Below are positions 26,722 to 40,021 of a stretch of 64,000 bases of DNA, piece after piece. A model generated the notes under the pieces. The model searched no databases. It saw only the letters and a program-made list of their open reading frames with translations, and was not told where the DNA came from. Each line of letters opens with the position of its first letter. The stretch's first letter is position 1. The stretch is from Pristiophorus japonicus. Its lineage: Eukaryota. Position numbers and translations under genes: made by a program. The stretch spans positions 62,001 to 126,000 of the forward strand of contig NW_027254382.1 of NCBI RefSeq assembly GCF_044704955.1, read 5' to 3'.

Positions 26722-29246
26722 AAGGAGATGGGGTAGCGTTGCTGGTTAAAGAGGAGATTAAAGCAATAGTAAAGAAGGACATTAGCTTGGATGAAGCGGA
26801 ATCTGTATGGGTAGAGCTGCGGAACACCAAAGGGCAGAAAACGCTAGTGGAATTTGTGTACGGACCACCAAACAGTCATAGTGAGGTTGGGGTGGCATCA
26901 AACTGGAAATTAGGGATGCGTGCAATAAAGGTACAGCAGTTAGCATGGGTGACTTTAATTTACATATGGATTGGGCTAACCAAACTGGTAGCAATATGGT
27001 GGAGGAGGATTTCCTGGAGTGTATAAGGGATGGTTTTCTAGACCAATATGTCGAGGAACCAACCAGAGAGCTGGCCATCCTAGATTGTGTAATGAGAGAG
27101 GATTAATTAGCAATCTTGTTCTACGAGGCCACTTGGGGAAGAGTGACCTTAATGTGATATAATTCTTCATTAAGATGGAGAGTGACACAGTTAATTCAGA
27201 GAATAAAGTCCTGAAATTAAAGAATGTTAATTTCGATGGAATGAAACGTGGATTGGCTAGGATAGACTGGCGAATGATATTTAAAGGGTTGACAGTGGAT
27301 AGGCAATTGCAGACTTTTAAAGATCACATGGATGAAATTCAATAATTACACATCCCTGTCTGGCATATAAATAAAACGGGGAAATTGGCTCAACCGTAGC
27401 TATCAAGTGAAATTAGGGATTGTGTTAAATCCAAGGAAGAGGCATATAAACTAGCCAGAAAAGCAGCAAACCTGAGCACTGGGAGAAATTTAGAATTCAG
27501 CAGAGGAGGACAAAGGATTTAATTAGGAGGGGGCAACTACATTATGAGAGGAAGCTTGCCGAGAACATGAAAACTGACTGCAAAGCTTCGATAGATATGT
27601 AAAGAGAAAAAAATTAGTTAGGACAAATATAGTTCCCTTGCAGTCAGAATCAGGTGTTAGGGAAATTGATGGGATTGACGGCCGATAAAACACCAGGGAC
27701 TGATATTCTGCATCCCTGAGTATTTAAGGAAGTTGCCCTAGAAATAATGGATGAATTGGTGTTCATTTTCCAACATTCTATAGATTCTAGATCAGTTCCG
27801 ATGGATTGGAGGATAGCTAATGTAACCCCACGTTTTAAAAAAGGTGGGAGAGAGAATACAGGGAATTATAGACCGGTTAGCCTGACATCGGTAGTGGGAA
27901 AAATGTTGAAATCCATCGTTGAAGATGTAATAGCAGCGCATTTGGAAAGCAGTGACAGGATCGGTCCAAGTCAGCATGGATTAATGAAAGGGAAATCAGG
28001 TTTGCCAAATCGTCTAGAAGTTTTTTAGGATGTAACCAGTAGCGTGGACAAGGGGGAACCAGTGGTTGTGGTGTATTTGGACTTTCAAACGGTTTTTGGC
28101 CAGGTCCCACATCAGAGATTAGTGTGTAAAAATTAAAGCACATGGTATTGGGGGTAACGTAGATAGAGAATTGATTGGCAGTCAGGAAGCAAAGAGTAGG
28201 AATAAACGGTTCCTTTTCAGAATTGCAGACAGTGACGAGTGGGGTACCTCAAGGTTCAGTGCTGGGACCTCAGCTAGTTACGATATACATTAATGATTTA
28301 GACGAAGGAATTGAAAATAATATTTCCAAGTTTGCAGATGACACTAAGTTGGATGGCAGTGTGAACTGTGAGGAGGATGGTAACAGGCTGCAGGGTGACT
28401 TGGACAGGTTAGGTGAGTGGGCAAATGCATGGCAGATGCAGTATAATATAGACAAATGTGAGGTTATCCACTTTGGTGACAAAAACAGGGAAGCAAAATA
28501 TTATCTGAATGGTGACAAATAAGAAAAATGGAGGTGCAACGACACCTGGGTGTCATGGCACATCAGTTATTGAAAGTTGGCATGAAGGTTCAGCAAGCGG
28601 TGAATGGCATGTTGGCCTTCATAGCGAAAGTTATAGAATATAGGAGCAGTGAGGTCTTACTGAAGTTGTACAGGGCCTTGGTGAGGCCACACCTTGATAT
28701 TTATGTAGAGTTTTGATCTCCTTACCTGAGGAAGGACATTCTTGCTATTGAGGGAGTGCAGCGACGGTTCAAAAGACAGATTCGCGGGATGGCAGAACTG
28801 ACATATGAAGAAAGACTGGATCGACTAGGCATATATTCACTGGAATTTAGAAGAATGAGAGGGGATCTCATAGAAACATGCTAAATTCTGATGGTATTGG
28901 ACAGGTTAGATGCAAGAAGTATGGTCCAGATCTTGTGGAAGTCCAGCACCATGAGTCTAAGGATAAGGGGTAAGCCAATTAGGACCGAGATGAGGAGAAA
29001 CGTCTTCACTCAGAGAAATGTGAACCTGTGGAATTCTCTACCACAGAAAGTTGTTGAGGCCAGTTGGTTAGACATATTCAAAAGGGACTTAGATGAGGCA
29101 CTTGCAGCTAAAGGGATCAAGGGGTATGGAGAGAAAGCAGGAATGGGGTAATGAAGTTGCATGATCAGCCATGATCATATTGAATGGTGGTGCAGGCTCG
29201 AAGGGCCGAATGACCTACTTTTGCACCTATTTTCTATGTTTCTATG
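26722..29246 (+). mobile_element. 5'-truncated CR1 LINE inserted antisense into the GPCR; internal deletion near 27655
   Basis: [38 protein letters not shown], hairpin and tail. Confidence 0.96.
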
Positions 29247-29640
29247 TAATAGCAATGCAGGTCATGAAAAGTGCGTTGCCATAAAGATTGATTAGACGCA
29301 AGAGGGCACTGACATCACGGAATTACTCCATAATCTGCTTCCAAGGATAAATTGAATAAGAGAAAGTATAGAGACCAGGATAATCAAGAAGTCGGTGATC
29401 ATTAAATCCAGAAGGAGGACATCACTTGCTTGTGAGACCTTTTTCATTCGTACGATGTTCCACAGTGCACTTGAGGTCCCGGTAATGCCCGATACAAGCA
29501 CTAATACAAGGAAACAGGGAAGGACGATGGTTTTGTTCTGTGCTACTTCGTCATAGGCGTTGTCCATCGAGGGCCCAGTCTGATTGGATGAGTTGATCTC
29601 CGACCCTGATCTGTTGACTTGCGTTCCAACTCTCAAAACT
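29247..29640 (-). pseudogene. Class A GPCR pseudogene, 5' half: N-terminus, TM1-TM3
   Basis: NRS/NSS/NQT/NKT sequons; TM1 VLPCFLVLVLVSGITGT; TM2 LLLDLMITDFLIILV; after a frameshift, TM3 LINLYGNALFMTCIAI abuts the CR1 tail. Confidence 0.88.
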
Positions 29641-29814
29641 AACCATTTGATGTTGTGGCAAATAATAAAGAGCAACCGATCAAAATATGGGGTAAATTAA
29701 AGATATATTCTCCAAAAACAGTTGATACTGCAATGTAAGGTTATTTGTTGTTGAAGTTATCAGTTGCTTCTCCACCATGTTAATCCGATCTCACTGGGTT
29801 TGACTGGTTGAAGT

Positions 29815-31063
29815 TACCTCCTTTTTGAGAAATTAACCAGGTGGGTCGATGAGAGCCAAACATATGAAGTAGTGAATATGGATTTTCGCTAGGCTTTTGA
29901 TAAGGTCTCACATGGCAAACTGATCACAAAAGTAAAAACTCTTGCGATACAGGGCAAAGTGGCAAGTTGGACCAAAAATTGGCTCAGAGGCAGGAAGCAA
30001 TGGGTAACGGTTGATGGGTGTTTTTGTGGCTGGAAGGATCTTTCCAGTGGGGTTCCACAGGGCTCAGTACTAGATCTCAACGTTTTGTGATATACATCAA
30101 TGATCTAGACTTGAATATGGGGGTATGATTGAGAAGTTTGCAGATGATACTAAAACTGGCTATATGGTTGGTAATGAAGAGGGAAGTTGCGTAATGCAGG
30201 AAGATATCAATCAACTGGTCAGGGGGGCAGAATAGTGTAAATTTGTATTGAATCCAGAGAACTGTGAGGTAATGCATTTGAGGATGGCTATCAAGGAACG
30301 GAAATACACTTTAAATGGTTGGAAACTGAGAAGTGTAGATGAACAAAGAGACTTTGGATGTCCAAAGTGCATGTCCACAGATCCCTGAAGGTAATAGACC
30401 AGGTAGATAAGCTGGTTAAGAAGGCTTACGGAATGCTTGCCTTTATTTGGCAAAGCAAAGCATACAAGAAAGGTGGTTTATGTTTGAACTGTATAAAATA
30501 CTGGTTAGGCCACAGCTGTAGTAGTGAGTGCAGTTCTGGTCACCACATTACAGGAAGGACGTGATTGCACTCGAGAGGGTATAGAGGCGATTTAGGAGGA
30601 TATTGGTAGCAGTGGAGAATATTAGCTGTGAGTACAGATTGGATTGGCTAAATTTGTTTTCCTAGGAACAGACGAGGCTGAGCGGAGAACTGATTGAGGT
30701 GTATTCAATTATGAGGGGCCAAGATAGAATAGATAGAAATGGTCTATTTCCCATAGCAGAAGGGTCGACTTACAGCGGGCATAAATTTAAAGTAATTGGT
30801 AGAAGGTTTAGAGGGCAGTTGAGGGGAATTTCTTAATGCAGAGCGTTTCGGAGGTCTGGAACTCACTGGCTGAAAGTGTGGAATAGGGCGTAACCCTCAC
30901 CACATTTACAAAGTACTTGAATGTGCAGTTGAAGTATCGTAACCTGCAGGGTTACGGACCAAGGATGGGAAGTGGGATTTGGCTGGTTTGCCTCTGATTG
31001 ACCGGCATAGTCACGATGGGAGGAAAAGGCCTCCTTCCGTGCTGTAAACTTTTGTGATTCTAT
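29815..31063 (+). mobile_element. Old CR1 fragment
   Basis: Remnants of [16 protein letters not shown] and KFADDTK; 3' tail gattctatga. Confidence 0.88.
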
Positions 31064-31224
31064 GATGTTCCTCTCTGAAATCTTTGGAAACCAGTAGATA
31101 CAAGAGATCCCTGAGGTTCCAGCATGCATAATTTCACACATCAAGGAGGAAATTGCATCCTGTAAATGGACGGATATGATTAAAGTTATTGAAATACTGA
31201 AAATAATGTCATCCTATACGTGAG

Positions 31225-31938
31225 AAAGCGATATATCTGTGCACTGACTAATATCTAAGTCCCTCTCCCTCCCGATGTTAACTGTATATTTACAGATGTC
31301 TCGATGACCCCCACCTCTCTCGCAGGAAAACATATTTACATTGACTGGTGTCTCCCAGTCTCTTTCACTCAAGAAATGTTTGTACACTGCTGGTATCTCT
31401 CAGTCCCTTCCCAACTCAGGGAGATTTCTATAGACTGGCTGGTGTCCCTCAGTCCCTGCTCGCACAAGAGATATCTGTGCAGTGCCTGGCGTCTCAGTCT
31501 CCTCTCTCTGAGAGAGATAGCTATGCACTGGCTCCTGTCTCTCCATCCCTGTCAAGCATGGAGGTATCAATATATCGACTGTTGTCCTCATTCCCCTATC
31601 CCTCATGGCTATACCTGCATACTCAAGAGATATCTGGACACTGACGGGTGTCTCTCTGTCTGATGTCCTGAGGAGCTATCTGTACAATGGACGGTTTATC
31701 TCTGTCCCTCTCCTTCATGGAGATATCAGAATATTGACTGATGTCCCTCAGTTCCACTCCACAGGGAGATATCTGTACATTGACTGATTTCTCTCACTCC
31801 CTCTCCTTCAGGGGGAGATCTCGACATTGATTGGTATCCATATGACTTCCTTCCTCAGGGACATATCAGTACATCGACTGGTGTCTCAGTCTGAAACCCT
31901 CATGGTAATATCTGCACGGTGACGGGTGCCTCTTAGTC
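31225..31938. repeat. Degenerate minisatellite, unit ~45-55 bp
   Basis: Recurrent gagatatctgtaca.tgactggtgtctctcagtccct. Confidence 0.8.
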
Positions 31939-32306
31939 NNNNNNNNNNNNNNNNNNNNNNNNNNNNNNNNNNNNNNNNNNNNNNNNNNNNNNNNNNNNNN
32001 NNNNNNNNNNNNNNNNNNNNNNNNNNNNNNNNNNNNNNNNNNNNNNNNNNNNNNNNNNNNNNNNNNNNNNNNNNNNNNNNNNNNNNNNNNNNNNNNNNNN
32101 NNNNNNNNNNNNNNNNNNNNNNNNNNNNNNNNNNNNNNNNNNNNNNNNNNNNNNNNNNNNNNNNNNNNNNNNNNNNNNNNNNNNNNNNNNNNNNNNNNNN
32201 NNNNNNNNNNNNNNNNNNNNNNNNNNNNNNNNNNNNNNNNNNNNNNNNNNNNNNNNNNNNNNNNNNNNNNNNNNNNNNNNNNNNNNNNNNNNNNNNNNNN
32301 NNNNNN

Positions 32307-32720
32307 GATTGAGTAGACTACTCCTATATCCTCTAGAGTTACGAAGAATAAAATGTCATATAAAAACTACAACATTCATCCAGGGCTTTACAGGGTAGAC
32401 GCAGGGAAGATCTGGCAGGAGAGTCTAGAACTAGGCTTTCATTATCTCAGGATAAACCAGGACTTAGATGAAAAGAAATGTCTTCACAGAGGGGGGTGAT
32501 TCTTTGGAATTCTCTGCTCAAGAGGGCAGTGGAGGCATACTCGTTCAGTATATTCAATGCACATGTCGATAGATTGTCGGATAATAAGTGAATCAAGGGA
32601 TTCTTGATAGTGCTGGAAAGTGCAGTTGAGGTACAAGATCAGCCATTACCTTACTGAAGGGCGGAGAGGCTCGCAGGGCCAAATGGCCTCTTGCTGCTCC
32701 GACTTTTTATGTATTATGTA
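32307..32720 (+). mobile_element. Old CR1 3' fragment
   Basis: ctttggaattctctg, tcagccat, gggccaaatggcct hairpin. Confidence 0.8.
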
Positions 32721-33829
32721 TCCCTGCATTGTGCCTCACTGATTTTCATTTGAATATAATTTCTGATGTGACTCGTATTGTACATCCACGGTTTTAAGGA
32801 CTGTTGAGATAGTGTCCACTTGATCCTGAGACATAGCATCACATCCAGCAACAAGGAAAGGAGATGAAGGTCGGTCTGATTCAGACTGGATGAGCAAGTT
32901 GTTTACATTCTTTAATTACAGTGTGCCAAATGTACATTTATCAAGTGTCAATACACCCTGCTGTTTCCATCTCCTGACCCTCGCCCCTCTCCTGCATTAT
33001 GTTATTGCAGACTCTGGTCACCAGTCCCACCATGCAGTGCATTACATGTCAGTACAAAATGAGATTTCCATAACTTGATTTTGAAATTGTAACTTTTCCA
33101 CACACACAACTCGAACTGCAAACAGCGCTCATTTTCTCTTCAAGGACATTCCTTTCATTAATATGTTGCTTTCAACATGATATTTACCTATCTACCGAGC
33201 TATCTGTGTGCCCTATCAATATCTATCTTTCAGTCTGTCTATATATCTATAGATTCTTCTAGCCCTCTTTGTCTATCTGTCTAACTATCTATCTGTTATT
33301 CAGTCTGTCAGCCTGTCTATCAGTCTGTCTGTCGGTATATCTGTCTATCTATCTATGTATGTATCAGTCGATCTATGTAACTATCAATCTATTTGGCTGT
33401 CTGTCTATCTTTCTATCTGCCTAGCTGGCAGATTATCCCTCTCTNNNNNNNNNNNNNNNNNNNNNNNNNNNNNNNNNNNNNNNNNNNNNNNNNNNNNNNN
33501 NNNNNNNNNNNNNNNNNNNNNNNNNNNNNNNNNNNNNNNNNNNNNNNNNNNNNNNNNNNNNNNNNNNNNNNNNNNNNNNNNNNNNNNNNNNNNNNNNNNN
33601 NNATCTCTTTTTCAATATCTTTATTCGTTTATAATTGTAGCGCCCCCTACTGCTTTCTTAATTTTTTAACGCATGTAATAGTATGTTCTTTAATAATTGT
33701 TGCGCCCCCTGCCTCCCTCTGACTGATTTGCCGCAAGACAAACGACGCTCTGTATACATTTAGCAACGCCCACTGCCATATGACAGATTTACTGCAAGAG
33801 AACGGACACTCTACAAACAAAGATACGAG

Positions 33830-35760
33830 CATACATGCAATGATGGAAAGGTTAAGACCATCTGGTCCATTGAGCCTGTCCCACGCCGCCCGAAACCATG
33901 TGATCTCCTGGAAGTAGCAAAAGTCTGATTAAAAACCCAGGCCAATTTGGGGGAAGAAATTTGGCAAATTCTTCTCTGATCCATCTAGATGATCGAAACT
34001 AGTCCAGTTGATTACTCTGGCCTTGAATTCCCTGCAGTACCTCCCTTCTATAACATGTGATCTCTACCGCAGCCAGAAACAAATCCTGCTTTCACTTGAG
34101 GAATTCAGTGAGTCTGCATTCATTACATGAAACGACAGATTGTACAGTGGTCTACTATCTTCTGGGAAAAGATCCACCTCCTGACATCTAACCTAGATCT
34201 AGTCCTATACAACTTAAATGTGTGATACCTGGTCCAACCTAACCTATTTAATTGAAATTAACTATCGGTTGGAAAACCTTCTATTTCCTTCATTTTTATA
34301 TAAACCTCAATCAGATCCCCCCTAAGTCTACGCTGATCTAAGGAATTGAGTACCAACTCATTCAACCTATATTGGTAATTAAAATGCTTTATACTTGGAA
34401 ATAGCCTCGTGACCCTCTTGTTCTCCTTTTCAGAGTGTCAATATCACCTATCATGTGAGGAGGACAAAACTGGACACAGTATTCAAAGCTCGGTCTGATT
34501 AAGGCCTTGTTCAAGGACATAACAGTATACGTCCTATTATAATCAAAAGTCATTTGGATACACCCCGATGCCTTATTTGCTGTAACTATCACTGCCCGGC
34601 ATTGCTCATGTAACTTTAAGGATGTATGTACTAGAATGCGCAATTCCATTTCTATCTGCGCCAACTTTAATACCTTTCCCTGGAGGGTGTAAGAATGTGA
34701 ACATTTGCCCTAACTACATGCATAAATATGCACTTATCTAAGTTGTACATAATTTTCCAGCCTTGAGCATAATCTACCAGCACATTAAGATCTGCCTGAA
34801 GCAGTCGAGCATCTGCTATAATTCAAAATCTCACTCAGATCTTGGTATCATCTGCAAATTTAAAAGTTTTGCGCGAAATCCCAAAATCTAGATCATTATT
34901 AAAAATAGTAAAACACAATATACCCAACACTGACCCCTGCGGGACACCACGGGTGACTAGTCTACAATCAGATTCAAATCCATCAATTATTACTTTTTGA
35001 CTGTTTCCTGCCAGCCAGTTCTGAATCCAACTCAATATATTTCAACGTATACCAGAGGCTCCGATCTTATACAAAAGCCTTTTGTGCGGTATTTTTCAAA
35101 ATGTTTTGGGAAATCTGAGTGGGCAATGTCTACTGGGCTTCCCTGATCCACAACCTTCGTAACTGTTTCAAAAAATACAATTAGATTTGTGAGATACTAC
35201 CTCTTTTTTATGAAGTCATATTGGTATGCCTAAAATGTCCCTCCCTATCCAAGTATTCTTAAATCCCTTATGTTTGCTTCAAGCATCTTACATATTACTG
35301 ATGTTAAACTGATGGGCCTATAGTTGCCCGAGTCTGTCTTGTCACCTATTTCAAAAATGGGGTCTGCATTAGTCTCCATCCAATCTGTAGGAACCATTCA
35401 AGAGAGCAGTGAGCTATTATAAATACAGGCCAGCAGCTCTCACAGCTCATGTCCTATCTCCCAGAGGACCATCAGGTGGATATCATCCAGCGCGGCTGCT
35501 CTGTCTATTTTCAAGTTCTTAATTATTTTTACCCTAACGTTTTTATCTTTGGTAATGCTGCTAACAAAACTAGTAGAATTAAATTCTAATATTCGAGAAT
35601 CATTTTCAAGGGTGAAGACTGATGCAAAGTACAAATGTAATATTTCCACCATTCTTAGTGATTCCTTTGAAACCTGCCCTTGAACACCCTTCAGTGGCCC
35701 AATACAATCTTTGATAAGTCTCTGATTCACCACGTAAAGAAAAATGCTGATCCCATTACT
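33830..35760 (-). mobile_element. Ancient CR1-clade LINE (distinct subfamily)
   Basis: [18 protein letters not shown]; ALIRPSFEYCVQF; YFASVFTLE. Confidence 0.88.
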
Positions 35761-36149
35761 GCCACAGTTGTCTACAAACCATTAGTCCATTAGTGTTTGA
35801 TGATGTGATAGCAGCCATCATTTTCTTTAGCTGTTTCCTGTATTCAACCCCGTTTATTTGAGTATTGCATGTTTTAATTGAAAAAACACGTTTCTGTTTA
35901 CATCTTATTTGTCTGTCTAGTTGTACCATCCCGATTATTAATTTATCGGATGATGAGGGATGTGCTTTATAATTTTAGCACCCCTTCTGCCGTATGACGG
36001 TTTGCTGCAGAACAAGGGGTGCTCTGTCCAAAGATAGCACCACCTACTACACTATGACTGCTTTATTGCAGGATGGGAGACAAAAGTTATCATTAGATTG
36101 CACAACTGCTTTCTCCCATTGAGATAATTTGGGTCTGATTAAGGAACAT

Positions 36150-36452
36150 AACAAACCATTAGAAATAGGAGCAGGAGTAGGCCCTATGCCTCTCGAGCCT
36201 GCTCTGCCATTCAATAAATTCATGATCGATCATCGAACTCAACTCCACTTTCCTGCACAATCTTCATATCCCCAGATTCCCCATAGACTCCAAAAATCTA
36301 TCTACCTCAGTCTTGAATATATTCAGAGATTCGGGATCCACAGCCCGATGAGGCTGAGAATTCAAAAGATTCACAACCCTCTGAGTGAAGTAATTCCTCC
36401 TCATTTCGATCCTAAATGGGCTTCCCCTTATCCTGAGACTGTGCCCCATAGT
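36150..36452 (-). mobile_element. CR1 3' end
   Basis: GHSLRIRGSPFRIEMRRNYFTQRVVNL plus 3' UTR. Confidence 0.88.
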
Positions 36453-36999
36453 TCAAAAGAAAAAACCAGGAATTGAACTCGGACCTCTATGCTGTGTATG
36501 GTTTTATGCCATCTTCGAATGTCCAGATGGAGATTTACATTATATTTTCCTTAGAAAGATATGGAAGTCTTTTTTCCCCTGCCACATGGTGCAATATTCA
36601 TTGGAAGTTATTGTAATGTAGAAAAGGTGAACTCGAAAATGGCTGCCTTAATTTGTTTGTTTCAATGACCGTAGCTCACAATAAAATTGCATAATCTGAT
36701 TGGCTCACTAGGGATTAACATTCGGTATAACTAAGGGATCATTAGAATGAGCCACAACTCATATTGGAGCTACTGTCTCCAGCAATTCGTTTCTCACAGA
36801 GAATGCACGCCCCTGGAAACAGTCCAATACTTGCCATTTACTATCCGCTTCTCGCTGCTGTCGGTGTTCCAGGTAAGGTATTACAGCAAGTCATTGGTTG
36901 TTAAGGATATCACGGTTTCTGCTGATGATCTGCATCTTTACCCGATTTGGCATTTTGTGTTTCGAGATTTTGCTTCACAGCCGCTTTGTTCATTGTGTT

Positions 37000-37095
37000 C
37001 TGATGAAAGATCACTGATCTGATACATTAACTCATTTTCTCTCTCCACAGATGTTGCTTGACCTTCCAGGTTTTCTGGTCTCATTTCAAATCTCC
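37000..37095 (+). mobile_element. Short Penelope-like terminal fragment in the GPCR intron
   Basis: ctgatgaaagatcactgatctgatacattaactc..ctctctccacagatg.tgc.tgacc resembles elasmobranch Penelope ends. Confidence 0.45.
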
Positions 37096-37519
37096 CTGAG
37101 TCAGAGTATGTGTCTTCTGTATCCCTGTTCAGTGTGACATTTTATTGGAATTGTAAAATTCCCCGGGTGTCCAAAGCAAAATTTATTACAACATTATTTT
37201 GCATCAGCGTGACTTCCTGTCCCAGATCTATATTCGCACTGCCTTCAGCTAATAATCTCTGTTCAAGTCCAAAAGTCTTTATTTTTAAAAAGTAAGAATC
37301 GTGTGACTGATGAAAAAATCTGAAGTGAACCGATGCGACAATAATGTGTGTCTTGATATGTATTTCCCGCCACTTTTTATCAGTACAGTTAATTCTGGTG
37401 ATCAAACACAGGTTCACAAATGCTGTCGACGGACAAATGTCCAGAAATGATGCGTGTAAAGGGTATTTAAAATGCATCTATTTCTGACTATTGCGTTGAA
37501 ACGATACTAAAATCAACTG

Positions 37520-38365
37520 TGTGCTTGATAATGAAGAATAAAGGTGCAGACAGCAGGAAAATGTCTATCAACGGGTCAGGTGGGCAGAACAGTGGCAAAT
37601 TGAATTAATCCAGAGGTTTGTGAGGTAATGCATTTGGGGAAGGTTGACAAGGAAAGGGAATACACATTAAATGGTTCACTGAGAAGTGTCGAGGGACAAA
37701 GAGACGTTGGAGTGCATGTCCACAGATCCCTGAAGTTAGCAGGACAGGTAGATAAGGTGATTAATAAGGCATAATTAAAGCTTGCATTTATTAGCCGCGG
37801 CATAAAATTCAAGAGCAGGGGGGGGGCTTATGCGTCAACTGTATAAAACACTGGTTAGGCCACAGCTGAAGTATTGTGTGCAGTTCTGGTCACCGCATTG
37901 CAGGAAGGAGATGATTGAACTGGAGATTTACGAGCATGTTGCCGGTAGTGGGGAATATTAGCCACGAGGACAGATTGGATAGGCTGGATTTGTTTTTCTT
38001 GGAACAGAGGGGAAACTTCATTGATGTGTATAAAGTTATGACGGGCCTAGATATAGTGGATAGAAAGGGTCTATTGCCATTAGCAGAGGGATCAACAACC
38101 AGGATACATCAATTTAAAATAATTAAAAGTTTTAAAGGGGATTTGAGGGGAATTTATTCATGCAGAGTGTTCTGGAACTCACTGCCTAAAGGATGGTAGA
38201 GGCAGAACCCCTCACCACATTTAAAAAGTACTTGGATATGCACCATAGGTGCCGTAACCTGCAGGATTACAGACCTAGAGCTGGAACGTGTGATTAAGCT
38301 GGAAAGCTTCTTGTTGGTCGAGGGCCTTAAATGGCCTCCTTCCGTGCTGTAAGCTTCCATGAATC
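37520..38365 (+). mobile_element. Old CR1 3' fragment within the GPR139-like intron
   Basis: Remnants of [14 protein letters not shown] and EDRLDRLDLFFLEQR. Confidence 0.88.
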
Positions 38366-40021
38366 TATGAGTCTATATGATCGAATTTCTGAACTGATTG
38401 AATGATTGCATGATTGACGTGTGATTTTAGCCATGCAATTATTGAAGGGATATTCTGAGTCATTAAATGGATGGCAATCAGTGAACGATAAACGGTTGTA
38501 GTCACGAAGTTGCAGCTAAAACTCCTTGGCCTGTTCTCACTGTCCTGCTCCTCATTCATTGCTTTAGTCCGCCCACGCTCCTTCACTTTCGCTGTTCCTG
38601 CTTCCCTTCCTCAAACATTATTCAAATCTTAACAGATCAATCTCTGCCGACAGGTCACTGAATCATTCCCATCGCGAGGCTGAAATATGATCAAAATAAA
38701 TAAACATCAAGGAGGAGTGATACTTAATGTTACTGTTTTCTTTTCTGTCTATTTCCTGCAGCTAACTTGGTGATAATTGTGATCCTGTCCCGAGGAAAGT
38801 GCGGTCTTTCCAGATGTATCACTTGGTACCTGCTGTCCATGGCAGTGGCAGATCTCCTGGTCATTATCACCGCTGTGATATTAAACCGGATCAGTGGAAT
38901 TTATTTTCAATTTAGTCTGCTGTCCACTACTCCAGGCTGTACTATAACATCTATCCTAATTTATGTAGCCACGGATAGTTCCATCTGGTTAACGGTCGCT
39001 TTCACCTTCGATCGATTTGTGGCCATATGATGCCAGAAACTGAAAACAAAATATTGCACTGAGAAAAGTGCGGCTCAGATTATAGTCATGGTCGGTGCCC
39101 TGGCTGTTTAAAAAAACATCACTTCTTATCTCACTTATGAACCTATGTTCATAACTGACAATGTCCCATGGTTATGTAACATCAAAGTAATATTTTATCG
39201 TTCTCCTCTATGGATAGTATATGACTGGCTTGACAGAATTTTAACGCCATGACTCCCCGTTCTCCTGATATTGCTGCTCAATGCTCTGACCGTCAGACAT
39301 ATTCTAGCGACGAGCAGAGCCCGCAGAAGGCTCCGGGCCCACAGCAATGGAGAGAATCAAAGCGACCCAGAGTTGGAGAGCCGGAGAAAATTAATCGTTT
39401 TACACTTTACCATCTCGGGCAGTTTCATCCTATTATGGACAGTGTACGTTGTAAATTTCTTGTATGTCCGAATTACAAAGAATAATTATTTCTCAGGTTC
39501 CAATTTCAAAGACCCAAAATGTATTCTCCAAGAAACCGGAAATAGTCTTCAGCTTTTGAGTTCCTGCACAAACACGTGTATTTATTCAGTGATCCAGAGT
39601 AAATTCAGAGAGGAGTTAATGGATGCGCTGAAATATCCAATGAATCTCATTATAAAATTAATCAAATTATAAAAATGTATTTTCGTGTTAATTCTGCATT
39701 ACATCACACCCAGTGGGCCATCCTGACCTGTCAGTTCTGAACCAGCTTTGTCCAGCTCCATCAGCCCCAATAACATGGCCCATCTCGACATCCAAGTCTG
39801 AGAAATTGAATATCTCGACATCCACATGCGCGATATCGTACATCTTGACATCCATGTGTGAGAAATCGTACAACTGATTTGCGTGTAATTAAGATTATAT
39901 TTTAATCAGAGGGCCTTATTTCAGTACTGCCGGCGGTTTGATCCTCAGAGTAGTATTATCAAACCAATGCTAACAGATACTTTTCAATTCTATCGTGCTC
40001 TCATGAATCACCATCGGCTCA

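Larger units (their letters stand above)
36803..39672 (+). pseudogene. GPR139-like (shark-expanded family) class A GPCR pseudogene; exon 1 36803-36872, exon 2 38762-39672
   Basis: Exon 1 MHAPGNSPILAIYYPLLAAVGVP|gtaagg joins in phase 1 to ttcctgcag|(A)NLVIIVILSRGKCGLSRCIT..MAVADLL..FTFDRFVAI*CQKLKTKYCTEK..LLNALTVRHIL..SSCTNTCIY..KFREEL; TGA at 39028-39030 and frameshifts near 39105 and 39255. Confidence 0.92.

Noticed and set aside
3197-33602. ORFs spanning the six N-runs
   Set aside because: Artefacts of unknown bases; the runs lie in or beside simple-repeat tracts and are gaps or masking.
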